Part shown: positions 12,115 to 23,049 of the stretch, in pieces
Numbering within the stretch: position 1 is the first letter of the stretch
Layout: every line of letters begins with the position of its first letter
Origin: Conidiobolus incongruus B7586
Taxonomy: Eukaryota
Assembly (NCBI GenBank): GCA_000697335.1
Contig: JNEM01013560.1
Location: 1 to 34,532 of the forward strand
Reading direction: 5' to 3'
DNA length: 34,532 bases
Program-made: the position numbers and the translations under genes
Notes under the pieces: model-generated
The model's database searches: none
What the model was told of the DNA's origin: nothing
The model's input: the letters and a program-made list of their open reading frames with translations, nothing else

Positions 12115-13675
12115 AACTAGCATACAAAAATGAGTCATAAAATTAAAAATATAAATATTTTTATTAATATCTTAATTAATTCTAATTTAAATAAATTTAT
12201 ATTAAACTATATAATTAATATATATTTTTTATATATAATATATATAATAAAATTTAATTAATTATTAATTGATATATTAATATTAAAAGTATATTTAAAA
12301 ATGAGTTATAAATTTGTGATTTTTAGTATTAATAGAAAAATTAATATCTAATATATCTATCTTTTTTTTTTCTAACTTTTTTGAGTTTGTGGGGTATAGA
12401 GTTAACTAGCTTCTTATATTAAACAAGACTAATATTATTCTAAGCTTCTTAAATATACTCTTAAAGTTGATTTAAATTTTTTACCAAAGGGAAAGATTTA
12501 ATTGATTTTTTTAGTTATTCCTAAAGATATTCAATTAGGTTAAGATTAAAAAATTGAGAAAATTATTTTATAATAAATATTTTGTTATTTTTAAGCTATT
12601 TAATAATAGAATTTATAGTATAGTAAAAGGTATTATTTTGTTAGAAAATAATATTTGATTTATTTAACCTATATTACTTAATAGTTTTTTTTAATTCATT
12701 GTTTATAATACTTTAATATATTTGAACATTAATTCCCTTATTAACCTTATAAAAATACCTTATACTTAAAGATAATATATATCCTTAAACATTAATTAAA
12801 CTATCATTGTATTTTTAAATTATAATAATATAATGGTTATAAAGTGGTTTTTTATCTTTTTTGAAATATCTAGCTTTTTTATTAAATTTATTTATATCTT
12901 TGTTTTATTAAACTATATAACTTTACTCTAGTTAATTTCAATTCAATTTTAGTATTAGCATTTAAACTCCTATTTAGTTTTATAATAAGACTTTTTTAAT
13001 TAGGGGTGTTTTTTCTTAAGGTATAAATAATATCTATTCTAATATAAAACATATATAATAATATTAATATTAACTAATATTTTTATATAATCTTGTAATT
13101 CTTGCTATATTTTTATATTAATATTATACTTACCTATATTAACTAATCTATAAATATACTTTTTATCATACTTATCCAAAATTTTAATATGCTTAAGTTT
13201 TAGTTTAGGTGTTTTTTTAATATTATTCTTAATAACCCTAGCTATAGTAGATTAGCTAATATTAGTAATTCTAACAATCTCACAATTTGATTTATTTTTA
13301 TTATAAAATTGATTAATACATAAGTAAACTTTTTAATGAGAGATTTAAGCATTATAATATTAATTTTAAAATATTTTCTTAATAGCTTTATAATATATAT
13401 AATATAACAAAAGAAAAAAAAGATATATATAAGTTTTGTTATTTATACCCTCTTAATATATAAACCTATAAATTTATAACTTAACTTGGTTAAATTTTAA
13501 GTTTTGATATATTAACCAATACTTAATAAAATTTAATAAAATATAATTAGTTATAATCAATTAATATAAGTAAATTATATATTTTAAATTAAATTTGTTA
13601 TAATTATGAATTATTTAAGATATAAGTAAATATATAAGTAATTTTGATTTTATGACTCACTTTTGCAGGCTAGTG
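12115..13675 (-). mobile_element. Tc1-like (DD34E) DNA transposon, copy C, 1561 bp, degenerate
   Basis: Reverse-complement homolog of copy B along its length. Best-preserved TIR is TTATGACTCACTTTTGCAGGCTAGTG|TA (13650-13677); the other end is TA|AACTAGCATACAAAAATGAGTCATAAAAT (12113-12143). Confidence 0.94.
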
Positions 13676-14600
13676 TATAAATATAGTGATAATAATAATT
13701 AGCACTCTAACTTAGGTAGATATAATTAAAAATTACATCCAAATTTTAGATAGCATTATATAATAGATCAATAAATATATTAAAAAAATTTTATATACTA
13801 ATATTAATTTAAAAATTTAATAACCAACCAAATTTTTTAGTAAAATAAAATTCCATAGTTTTATTAATTTTTATATCTTGTGAATTTTCAAATTGATAAT
13901 AAACTTATTAGGTTTATAATATTGACAATAGTTTAAGGAATATTAAATATATTGAGATAAATTTTTAAAATATCTATTTTAATTAGTTTACATATTTTGT
14001 TGATATTTATATTAAAATTTAAAATCAAGTATGAAAATAATTTTTTGTTATTAAAACTAATTAAAATGATAATTACATTGTTATGTCAAATTATATTAAT
14101 TTATTCAAAATTTGTAAATATAATTATCTTTTATTTGGCAAAAATATTGTTAACAATTCAATATAAATTTAATATATATTTTTTACTTTTATTTTATATT
14201 ATATCAATTTTATAGTTAAATGATATAATACCTGAATTAATTTAAGAATTGTATTAACATTATTTTGAAAAAACTGTTAATATATAATATAATATTGAAT
14301 TAATTCAACTTTATTAATATTTCAAAACAATTTTCAATAATAAACAAATTTGAATTTTTTAATTATAATATTGTAAGAAAATATGGATATTTGAGTTTAT
14401 AAGGTAAATAATTCATTATGAAATAATAATTAGACCTATTTATTAGTATTTATTTCAAATGTATTATATTGTAATAAAAATTTAGAAATCCATATTAATT
14501 ATAATATAGGTACATTATTAACAATTCAAATTAATTTCAAAGTGAATCAATTATAAAATAATATAAAAGTTCGATACTGAATTTGAAACTTTTTTTGCAG

Positions 14601-14690
14601 AACTCAGCCAAAATTTTGGGATTTAATCCAATGACAGTCATGGTTACTGTAGTGTTTACTCTATGCGTTGTAATCGCCGACCAACTTTAA
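14601..14690 (+). pseudogene. Orphan terminal-exon-like segment encoding a GPI-signal-like C-terminus
   Basis: Preceded by a TTTTTTTGCAG acceptor. Reads NSAKILGFNPMTVMVTVVFTLCVVIADQL* (small residues, spacer, hydrophobic tail) and contains CpG. No upstream exon is recognisable. Confidence 0.35.
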
Positions 14691-15163
14691 GAGTGATGGT
14701 ATTATAATTACTTAGTATTACATTATGTATAATTAATTTATGGATATTGAAAATAAAGATGAACTTGTTGAAACGCATGAGAATTTGAACAATCAAATAA
14801 ATATAAAAATTAATCAGCAATTATATAGATTATCCAGTATAATTTTGACTAGTCTATTTTATTATATTAGAGAATTCATTTAAACAGGGTCATTTGTATA
14901 TTTCATTTGATCCAATTCGTTCTAGAGTTGATATCAATATGATCACCAATTGTCCTAATCTTTATTAATAGCTGATAAAATAGTATCAAAAAAGATTAGA
15001 TAAATTGTATTTAACTAGTATCAATCCAGCAATAGCACCGGTAGGAATCAAATATTGTTTATAATTTCATCAAATAATATTATATTATATCAAATAACAT
15101 TACATTATACATAAGTTGAATGAGAGTTGTTTCATTATATAGTGGAATGGAAAATCGAATAAT

Positions 15164-15700
15164 TCACAACAGATAAATATATCCAGCAGTGAGTACAGCA
15201 CCTAAAGTTAAGAAATAATATTGTGGAAGTGGCACGACCCGAAAGCCATCACTCTTCTTCTCCGAGCTCTTCTTGTCACTAGCGGAAGTGATTGTAGTAT
15301 TCATCGTAGTTGCAGTTGGTGTAGGAGAAGCCATCGAAAGACTAGCACTGAGAGCTGTGGCGGAAGCTTGCGCTGCGACAGTCGCAGCGACTGCCAAATC
15401 GCTCTGGATCGCGGCATTGATCTGTTCGATCATATTCGATAGGTTTGGCATGTTGGGTAGTACTGCCATACTCCCGGTCGTTGAACCGTTGCTACCAATG
15501 GTTCCTCCACCGTTGGGGATATTCAGCAACACTTGAGGTTGAGCGCCTTCAGTGATATTCGTACTGTTATTCATATTGCTTTCATCTATAATTTGAGCTT
15601 GAACTGCACTGATTTCGATGATTGTAGCGTCATATATCCCGGAATAAAGTACTAGTGCCAAGTAATTCGGTACCAAAACCTTTTTTAAGTTAAACTGCAT
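15164..15700 (-). CDS. Secreted, probably GPI-anchored Ser/Thr/Ala-rich cell-surface protein (178 aa)
   Basis: Starts at ATG 15700 (MQFNLKKVLVPNYLALVLYSG..., signal-like). Low-complexity S/T/A/N body, then KKSDG plus a hydrophobic C-tail (YYFLTLGAVLTAGYIYLL). GC- and CpG-rich relative to flanks. Confidence 0.8.
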   Translation of the reverse strand: MQFNLKKVLVPNYLALVLYSGIYDATIIEISAVQAQIIDESNMNNSTNITEGAQPQVLLNIPNGGGTIGSNGSTTGSMAVLPNMPNLSNMIEQINAAIQSDLAVAATVAAQASATALSASLSMASPTPTATTMNTTITSASDKKSSEKKSDGFRVVPLPQYYFLTLGAVLTAGYIYLL

Positions 15701-16261
15701 CTTGTAAAAAACAATAAAAATTTTGTACTGAATCACTTTGGCTGAATATTTATAGCAGTTCACAAGTTATTATAATTGATCGCAGTTGTAACTTTAGCCA
15801 TATTTAGTCATTTTTATGGATGAAACTTGATGAAGTTAAATTAGACATTTCATTTGGATAGTAATTAATTTATCATTTCAGTTCCAATTGTGAAAATATT
15901 AATTTATTGATTCATTTAATTTAGTAAGATTTTGTGACTGTTATTTTTTCAAGTTTAGAATTTTGATATTGGAATCAAATGATCAATTTAAGGTTATAAT
16001 GATATTTGATATATATTAAATAATTAATTATTTTAACTTTCAATATTTTTACAATTAATTTGCTGTTCAAATTGAATATGAAGTTGGGATTTTTTAATAT
16101 CAATCAATATTGACAATAAAGAATTCCGAATATTTAATATATATTTTCATTTATTATAATAATTTTTAAAAAAAATTCTCAACCATTAATCTAAAAAATG
16201 ATTCTAATAAAAATTTCAACAAAGCATTAATTAAATTTGATAAAAAACATATTTATTGCAA

Positions 16262-17311
16262 TCAAGTAAAGAACAACCCAGTAACCAATTCCGGTAATCC
16301 AATAACAACGTTAACAAACATCCAATTCATTGCAAATTTACCCAAAAGCCCAAATATGATAATAATCAATGTTTGATAATATTCAAATTCTAAGAATGCT
16401 AGAAAAAGAGTTAGTAAATGATGACAATATTATGTGAAAGTTTTCAATTACTTGTAATGGCGACCCAATTCGACGTGATTGACATTAAGGTGAGTAGCCA
16501 AGAGTATTCAATTTGGTGATAATTCCAAATTACCATACCAATTAATAGCAGCTTACTAAAACTCGATATGATTGTTGTTATAATTAAATAATTGTATCTA
16601 ATCTCAATATAAGTAAATAAATTTTATGTATATTTTCAAAATTACTTGAAAAATTGTAAATTTTTAGGTAGTTGTAAATGTACGCCGATTATAATGAATA
16701 GAATGTAGACCACACTCTCTGAATGTAATTAGTAAAAATATATTATTAATTATATATAGAATTTACCTAATATACTAAAACTCAAAATTTGAAAATACTG
16801 TAAAATATATGACTGTTGAATCCAACTACAATATTTGTTAAGACAATAAGATTCTATTTGATACCATTTCAAATCTATATAAAGTTCTATAGCTAAGGAA
16901 TTTTGATTTTGAAAAATTATATAAATTTTGAATTATGGAAAAAGGATACACACATTAAAAATAGCTATGAGTAATCCTAACCTCAAAGTAACGCTCTATT
17001 TTCAATTAATATAACATTGAAGGAATCGCATATAGGAATTACCTGGAATCCTTGATCACAATAATCCAGAGCATTGAATATTAAATGTCTGTAAATTTTG
17101 GGTTTGTGTAAGACCAAGTCAATGAATTTTACAATATTATCCTGTTCTAGATAGGGATCACAGAATTCGTGGCATTTTGTCTACAAGATAGTTAGAAAAG
17201 TGAGTGATTATTCTGGGGAGGAATTACACATTGCGTTAGTACTAAATGTTCCTTGCCGTACTGATGATATAGTTGACTGGTGGGGAATGAGCAATGCACA
17301 CAAATTGGCAT
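16262..17311 (-). CDS. ARV1: Arv1-family ER membrane protein (sterol/GPI homeostasis), 7 exons
   Basis: Manual splicing at GT-AG introns (exon 1 17311-17228, exon 2 17180-17043, exon 3 from 16995) gives MPICVHCSFPTSQLYHQYGKEHLVLTQC|TKCHEFCDPYLEQDNIVKFIDLVLHKPKIYRHLIFN...FNVYLKW...ISSFSKLLLIGMVIWNY...LFFT*. This has the Arv1 CxxC..CxxC zinc motif and the D.Y.E.D, IDL.L.K...YRH..FN and SS..KL..I.M.IW.Y signatures. Stop TGA at 16264-16262. Confidence 0.92.
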
Positions 17312-17803
17312 ATTTTGAAATATTCGGAGTTTTTTCATTCATGTTGAATGGATTCAATTAAAATATATAAAATTTAATTACAATGACTTATGGGATAATA
17401 ATTGATTGAAGATTTGTTTTTGCTTATTGAACAAACTAAAAAAATAGAAAATTTGAGAGTACAAATAGAACAAATTAAATTTGGACAATTTATTAATTTT
17501 TAGCTTTGTGTTGTGCTTAATAAGTTTTGTAAATAAATATTGCTGTTAGAAAAGAATCTGTAATACAAATTAGTAAATAATTTATTAATCCTGCTCTTTA
17601 AGGTGTTGGGACTGTATGTCTTCAAAGCTTATTTAAATAGATGATTTAGTGAATGATATAGGGATTTGGTTAAAATCTAATAAAGAGAACAAAGTATTTT
17701 TTTGATTATTTACTAACAAAGCCAACCTGAATTAGAAATAGTATTGGTTTAACTATTGAATTGAGATTGATGGTTAATTTTGAAATGCAACATTTAGTAA
17801 CAG

Positions 17804-17830
17804 ATAATAATAATAATAATAATAATAATA
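17804..17830. repeat. (ATA)9 microsatellite
   Basis: Perfect ATAATAATA... run downstream of the kinase gene. Confidence 0.9.
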
Positions 17831-17959
17831 TAAATAGAGATTATCAAGAATATAAAGATTAAAAGGAATTAACGAAATAATTTACGAATTATATAATTTG
17901 AGAATGATTGGTAAATACGGCGTACATTTTGATAGTTTTGGAATCGGAAATTTTTTAGT

Positions 17960-19411
17960 TCAGTCCACATGAAAATACTCGGCCATTTGATCCAAACTAA
18001 GTCTCTGCGCGGGATCTTCGTGTAAAGCTCGGAGAATACATTGTTTCCAATCGTCCCGAATCTTGCAATGTCGTCGTCGGAAGATGATATCTTGCCGTTC
18101 GTCCCCTCCAGATTGGAATTCGGTCAGATATTCTGCGAGTTGGTCGATGGAATCACAATGGCCACATACCGTATAATTCATTTTAAATGGGAATTTACCT
18201 GTGAGAACTCGAACAAAGACGCAGCCTAGGGAGTAAACGTCACTCTTGTAGTCATATCTGAATACTTTTTGGTACTGGTACTGAGTGGACCGAAGTCTTT
18301 CGGGAGCGTAGTAACCTTCTGTGCCCATAACTTGATCATCAATGATGAAGGGATGATTTGGTGGCAATTCATGGCAAGCACCAAGATCAGTTAATTTTAT
18401 TCTGCCTTTAACTTTCATAAAGTTGGCCTCTTTGATATCGTTGTGAACAATATTTAAACTATGTAATTCTTTGACAGCTCTGACCATTTCGGTCATTAAT
18501 AGAGATATATCTAGTGTAGTCCATCTACTTTGCACCATTTCCATGACATATTCTTGAACATTTTGCTCGCCCCATTCCATGACGATACGAGCTTCACCTC
18601 GAATTTCATTGATTTCGTAGTCAATCATTTTAATGATATAGCTGCAGTTCTTGCACTTTGAAAGAAAATCAATTTCCCTACGTGCCATCTCCAATCCTTC
18701 GGAGTGGTTGACAGTCATGACCTTGAGTGCATACCACTCATCGTCAGCTGAGTTAGAACATTTGTAAACATTACTATTATTTGTCTGAGCCACAAGCACC
18801 TTAGGAAAATAAATAGTAAATTTTCCAATAAAAGGATTAGCAATGGGCTTTTCCCTGATGAATCCATCTCTCAAGGTATTTTTTAAATGCTGGTGACCTG
18901 TGACCGGGCTGAATATATTCTGATTCTGCGGTGTTTGGTTACTGTAGCACCAACTAGATATATTTTCAATGGAACCCATTCCCAACACAAAATTTTCCCA
19001 GTCCTTATCCTGCATCATGTGATAATTGTCAATGATGATGCCTTCCTCAGTAATGAAAGGATTTTCAATCACTGTTCTCTTAGTTATTTCCTCCAAAGGC
19101 TTTGCAATCACTACAGCGCCTCGGAGTGTACTACTAAGTATTCTACCGGAACTCGACCGCTTGATACTGCTTGCGACGGGACTGTCCCTGTTGATTGGCA
19201 AGTATTCAATCAACAATCTTCTAGAATTAATGGGGGAATTCACAGTGGAGTTCCCCCGATTTTCGTGCTTCTTCCAAGTCAACAATTTTCTACTGTGGTA
19301 GCATTCTATCAACAGCGGTTTTCGTTCATAATTTTGATTATTCAAATTAGGAGATATAGATCTCCTCTTTATTCTTTCAATTTGATTATTATTATACAAT
19401 ATCAAAGACAT
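17960..19411 (-). CDS. Protein kinase, divergent Mps1/TTK-like, intronless (483 aa)
   Basis: YALK (beta-3 Lys), REI (helix-C Glu), MEWGE, IVHNDIKEANFMKVKGRIKLTDLG, QVMGTEGYYAPE, KSDVYSLGC and DPAQR. MExGE, ANF..V.G..KL and Q.GT resemble Mps1. N-terminus is Ser/Arg-rich with repeated LLIE motifs. Confidence 0.88.
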   Translation of the reverse strand: MSLILYNNNQIERIKRRSISPNLNNQNYERKPLLIECYHSRKLLTWKKHENRGNSTVNSPINSRRLLIEYLPINRDSPVASSIKRSSSGRILSSTLRGAVVIAKPLEEITKRTVIENPFITEEGIIIDNYHMMQDKDWENFVLGMGSIENISSWCYSNQTPQNQNIFSPVTGHQHLKNTLRDGFIREKPIANPFIGKFTIYFPKVLVAQTNNSNVYKCSNSADDEWYALKVMTVNHSEGLEMARREIDFLSKCKNCSYIIKMIDYEINEIRGEARIVMEWGEQNVQEYVMEMVQSRWTTLDISLLMTEMVRAVKELHSLNIVHNDIKEANFMKVKGRIKLTDLGACHELPPNHPFIIDDQVMGTEGYYAPERLRSTQYQYQKVFRYDYKSDVYSLGCVFVRVLTGKFPFKMNYTVCGHCDSIDQLAEYLTEFQSGGDERQDIIFRRRHCKIRDDWKQCILRALHEDPAQRLSLDQMAEYFHVD

Positions 19412-20543
19412 AATTTTTTTATAATTATTTTTATATTTTTCTTTTAGTGAACATAATTTTAATCTTTGAATTGAAGAAACTGAATGATGATGATAATAGT
19501 TTCACTTTTATACCTTCCACAATTATTTTTGGAAGATACTGTTTCCATTCGTAAATGCTCGACTCGGCCAATCATTTGTACATATCTTTGGAATAAGCGA
19601 CCGTGATTGGGCAGGTTTCTAAGCTAGGAACAAAGGTTGAACCCTTTTTAATGGAATGGTGTGACATTGAGTTGATTGGACAAATATGAAAAATAGACCA
19701 ATTATACGTTGAGATATTGTTGATGATCTCAAATGATTTTAGTGATAAATTTCAATATATGTTGATTAGAGTTATTACTTTTGAGTGGGGTTAATGATTT
19801 CAAATTTGAATAATAAATATTGTGGATATTGTAAAATTTTGATAAATATGATATATTGAAATTTGTAATAGTATCAAAGTATAGAGACGATATTGAATTA
19901 TGCATATGCTTAATTCAATTTATACTAATTAAATGTTGGTTAAAATAAAAGGCTTAAAATTCTGCACTTTTAAAATTCAATTTACCAACGTCATATTATG
20001 CATATGATTACACCACATAAATTCAAAACTTCAAATTTCAAATTCCATTTCTATATATAGTCAATTACAACTTGATGATTTTTTTTGAACTGTGACAAAT
20101 AATTAAACAATTGATTTATACAGCTTTCAGGTTTAATTATAATTGGATTATTAGGCAATTACCTATTGGGGTAATCCAAAAGAATGTTAAATTGTTTAAA
20201 TATTCAAGGAGCTGTATTAATACAAATTGTGTAAAATTTAAAATGATTACAATAATGTAAATAAAAATAAAGAATAACACAAAATTGTAAGTCATAAATC
20301 AGTAATAGTTAATTAGATTTAAATCAAAATCCAATATAAAAGCTTTTTTAAATTCAGAAAAAATTATTTTGATTCTAATTTATTTAATATTTTGTAAAAA
20401 ATATCAATATATGTTGAATAAATAGCTGTGACATAAATAACTTAAAATCAAAAATATGTTGTTAATATAACAATTTGTTATTTGATATATCAGTTGTTGT
20501 TGAAGAATCAATCGTATTGATTTTTCAAAATGATTTAATCAGA

Positions 20544-21569
20544 TTATTTAAAATTATCTTTACACTGTCTTAAGAAACCCATCAATTCGATAGAATCGTT
20601 ACCCTTATTTAATACTGATTGGAATTCAGCGTTTCTAATTGTAGTGACATTAGTGGTACGATTCATTGAAAATGAAAGCATTGCTTACTCAACTCTCATA
20701 AATGGATTAAATTCAAATTCTTCTCCAATGGTACTTGGAATAGTGACAGTTTGTTGACTGGCCCAGGCAGCTTTAGCCTAAAGATTGATGAATATAAACT
20801 ATATCAAATTTGATGATTTAAATATAAATATTACTTTTAACTTTTCGTTATTGGGATCAACAGATAAGGCGAACTAAAATAATGAATTAATAAATATATA
20901 ATAGTAATAAAAGTTTGATCTTACTCTCAAATTTCCCTTAGTATACTCATGCCCACAAAAAACCTTAGTCTCTTTGGGCAATTTACCCAGTACTTCCACC
21001 AAACTTCTGTACATATCTGCAGGAGTCCCTTCGAAGAAGCGACCACAACCTCCGATGAATAAAGTATCACCAGTAAAAACTACCTTTTCGGAGGTTTCGG
21101 TATCCTCCACATAAAAACAGATATGACCCTGGGTGTGTCCCTTTGTCAACAGAGCAGTAACCTTTAGAGAACCGAATTCGAAAGTGTCATTATGGTTTAA
21201 CAATTTGGACAATTTGGGAATACGATCGTCCCCACCGTACACAGGAGTGTTTTGAGGTAATGTATTTAATAACCCTTCGTTACCGTTGGAATGATCCCTA
21301 AGCATTTTTAAAAATAAACTCAGTTAATGCATTTATATATAATTACCAGTGGTGATGCGTATTAAAAATAGCAGTAATTTGAGCTCCCTGGAACTCCTTT
21401 TCCAAACTTTCTAAAACCTTTTCTGGTTCAACAGGATCTACAGCAAATACTAATTCCCAATAAATAAATTAAATTTGCAATTTGGATTGCAAGTACCTTG
21501 GTTCGTGTTTTCGTCCTTAACCAAGTAAGCATAATTGTCTTCGAGACAAGGTACTAAAGCTATTTTCAT
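20544..21569 (-). CDS. GLO2: Hydroxyacylglutathione hydrolase (glyoxalase II), 6 exons
   Basis: Spliced: MKIALVPCLEDNYAYLV (exon 1 21569-21497), VDPVEP...THHHW|DH (exon 2 21449-21347, exon 3 from 21297), GHTQGH, FTGDTLFIGGCGRFFEG, CGHEYT, IPSTIGEEFEFNPFMRV, LRQCKDNFK* (stop 20546-20544). Confidence 0.95.
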
Positions 21570-23049
21570 TTTATCTATATACCAATCTAAATTAATTTAA
21601 TCATATCATTTACCCAAGTATAACTACCTTGTAAATGATTTTTTTTAAACTTTATAATTTGACGAATTTAAAAGAATAATCTGTTTTTTGAATTCCAATT
21701 ATTTCATTTACATTCGATATTTATATTAATTAGTAATCAAACGATGGATGATGTCATCAATATTTGTTGATAATATCTGGTTGAGATTATTTGGATTTGA
21801 TTAAAGTAATTATTAAATTAAAACGAGATTAGTGATATTTAGGAAATATTGAGCTGTGATGTGAATAAGTTCTAATTTCATTTAATTGCAGTATCGATAT
21901 AAGTATGATTTAAACAATCAAAATTTTTAATATGTTTTCAATCTTTCTATGATATATAACATAATGTTAAGAATTATTGAATAATATATATTAGTAAATA
22001 AAAAATAACTATCTTTGTTATTTCAACATATCAAATCAAATATATATTTCTTAAAAATATATCTATATTAGGAAAATTAGATTGTTATTATAATTTCAAC
22101 AGATTAATTGAAAAGTCACATTCACGATTGAAAAAACAGATTAATTAGTACTATCCTTTCATATTAATTTGTTCCCTTTATAATCAAATTTCAGCATTCA
22201 AACAATTCATGTACAAAATTTTCGAAATATACTTTTATAAATATCCTGTTATAATAAAAATTTAAACTTATATCTTATCTACTCTAGTTTTAAAAGATCA
22301 ATAGTGGATTTAACTGAATCTCAAATAATAATTGTATTATATAAAAAATATTTTTTCAATTCAAAATATTACTATAAATTATAGTTATTATATGCATTAA
22401 TTCAATTTCAAATTTGAATTAAATTTGACTACAAATTAAATTGCTAATAATTTACTTATTTTGAACCTCATTTTCTACAATATTTTTATTATTAGTTTTA
22501 TTATGATTTAAAATATTCAAAAAATGTGACAATTAATATGAATAAAAATAAACTTTGTGTATATTTCTAGTGTCATGTTAATATTAATTAAACAAATTAT
22601 ATATCCATTCTCAAGGTCACTATTTTTTCACTTAAAAAGTCAAGAGAATTGCTTTTATTACTATAAATAGATATTTATTCTAAATATTGATAATATTAAT
22701 AATATCTTAATAATTAGATTATGATATTGATCCATTTAGATGATAATTTGGTTTTAACATTATAAGGAATAATTTTGAATTTATTTCCGAAAAAATTATA
22801 ATGATTATAAATACTTAAAACTCTTCTTACGTAATTTGTTAGAATATTTATTAAATATCAATTATGAAATTTTATACTTTGATAATCAATTTTTCAAAAT
22901 TATTTATTTCTTGTATTCCAAAATTGTTCATTGATTTTTTAACATTCAGTTAAATAACTTCAATTAATAAAAATAAATTAAGAATTACAGTTACTTTGAA
23001 TTAATTTTAAAGAAACTAATAATTGAATTATATTCTGATCTTAATTAAT

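Noticed and set aside
13997..14215. 72-aa ORF rich in I/K/L/F/Y
   Set aside because: TTG start and a composition expected from extremely AT-rich DNA; no motif.
14740..15060. Minus-strand coding-like fragments (IPTGAIAGLIL; LERIGSNEIYK*PCLNEFS)
   Set aside because: Multiple stops and no recognisable family; may be a pseudogene but cannot be supported.
15221..15536. Two plus-strand ORFs (73 and 87 aa)
   Set aside because: Antisense shadows of the GPI-protein gene.
18041..19447. Three plus-strand ORFs (62, 186 and 91 aa)
   Set aside because: Antisense shadows of the kinase gene.
21570..21715. Upstream exon giving glyoxalase II a mitochondrial leader
   Set aside because: Intron-like signals exist, but no ATG-initiated open frame could be joined to the main start.
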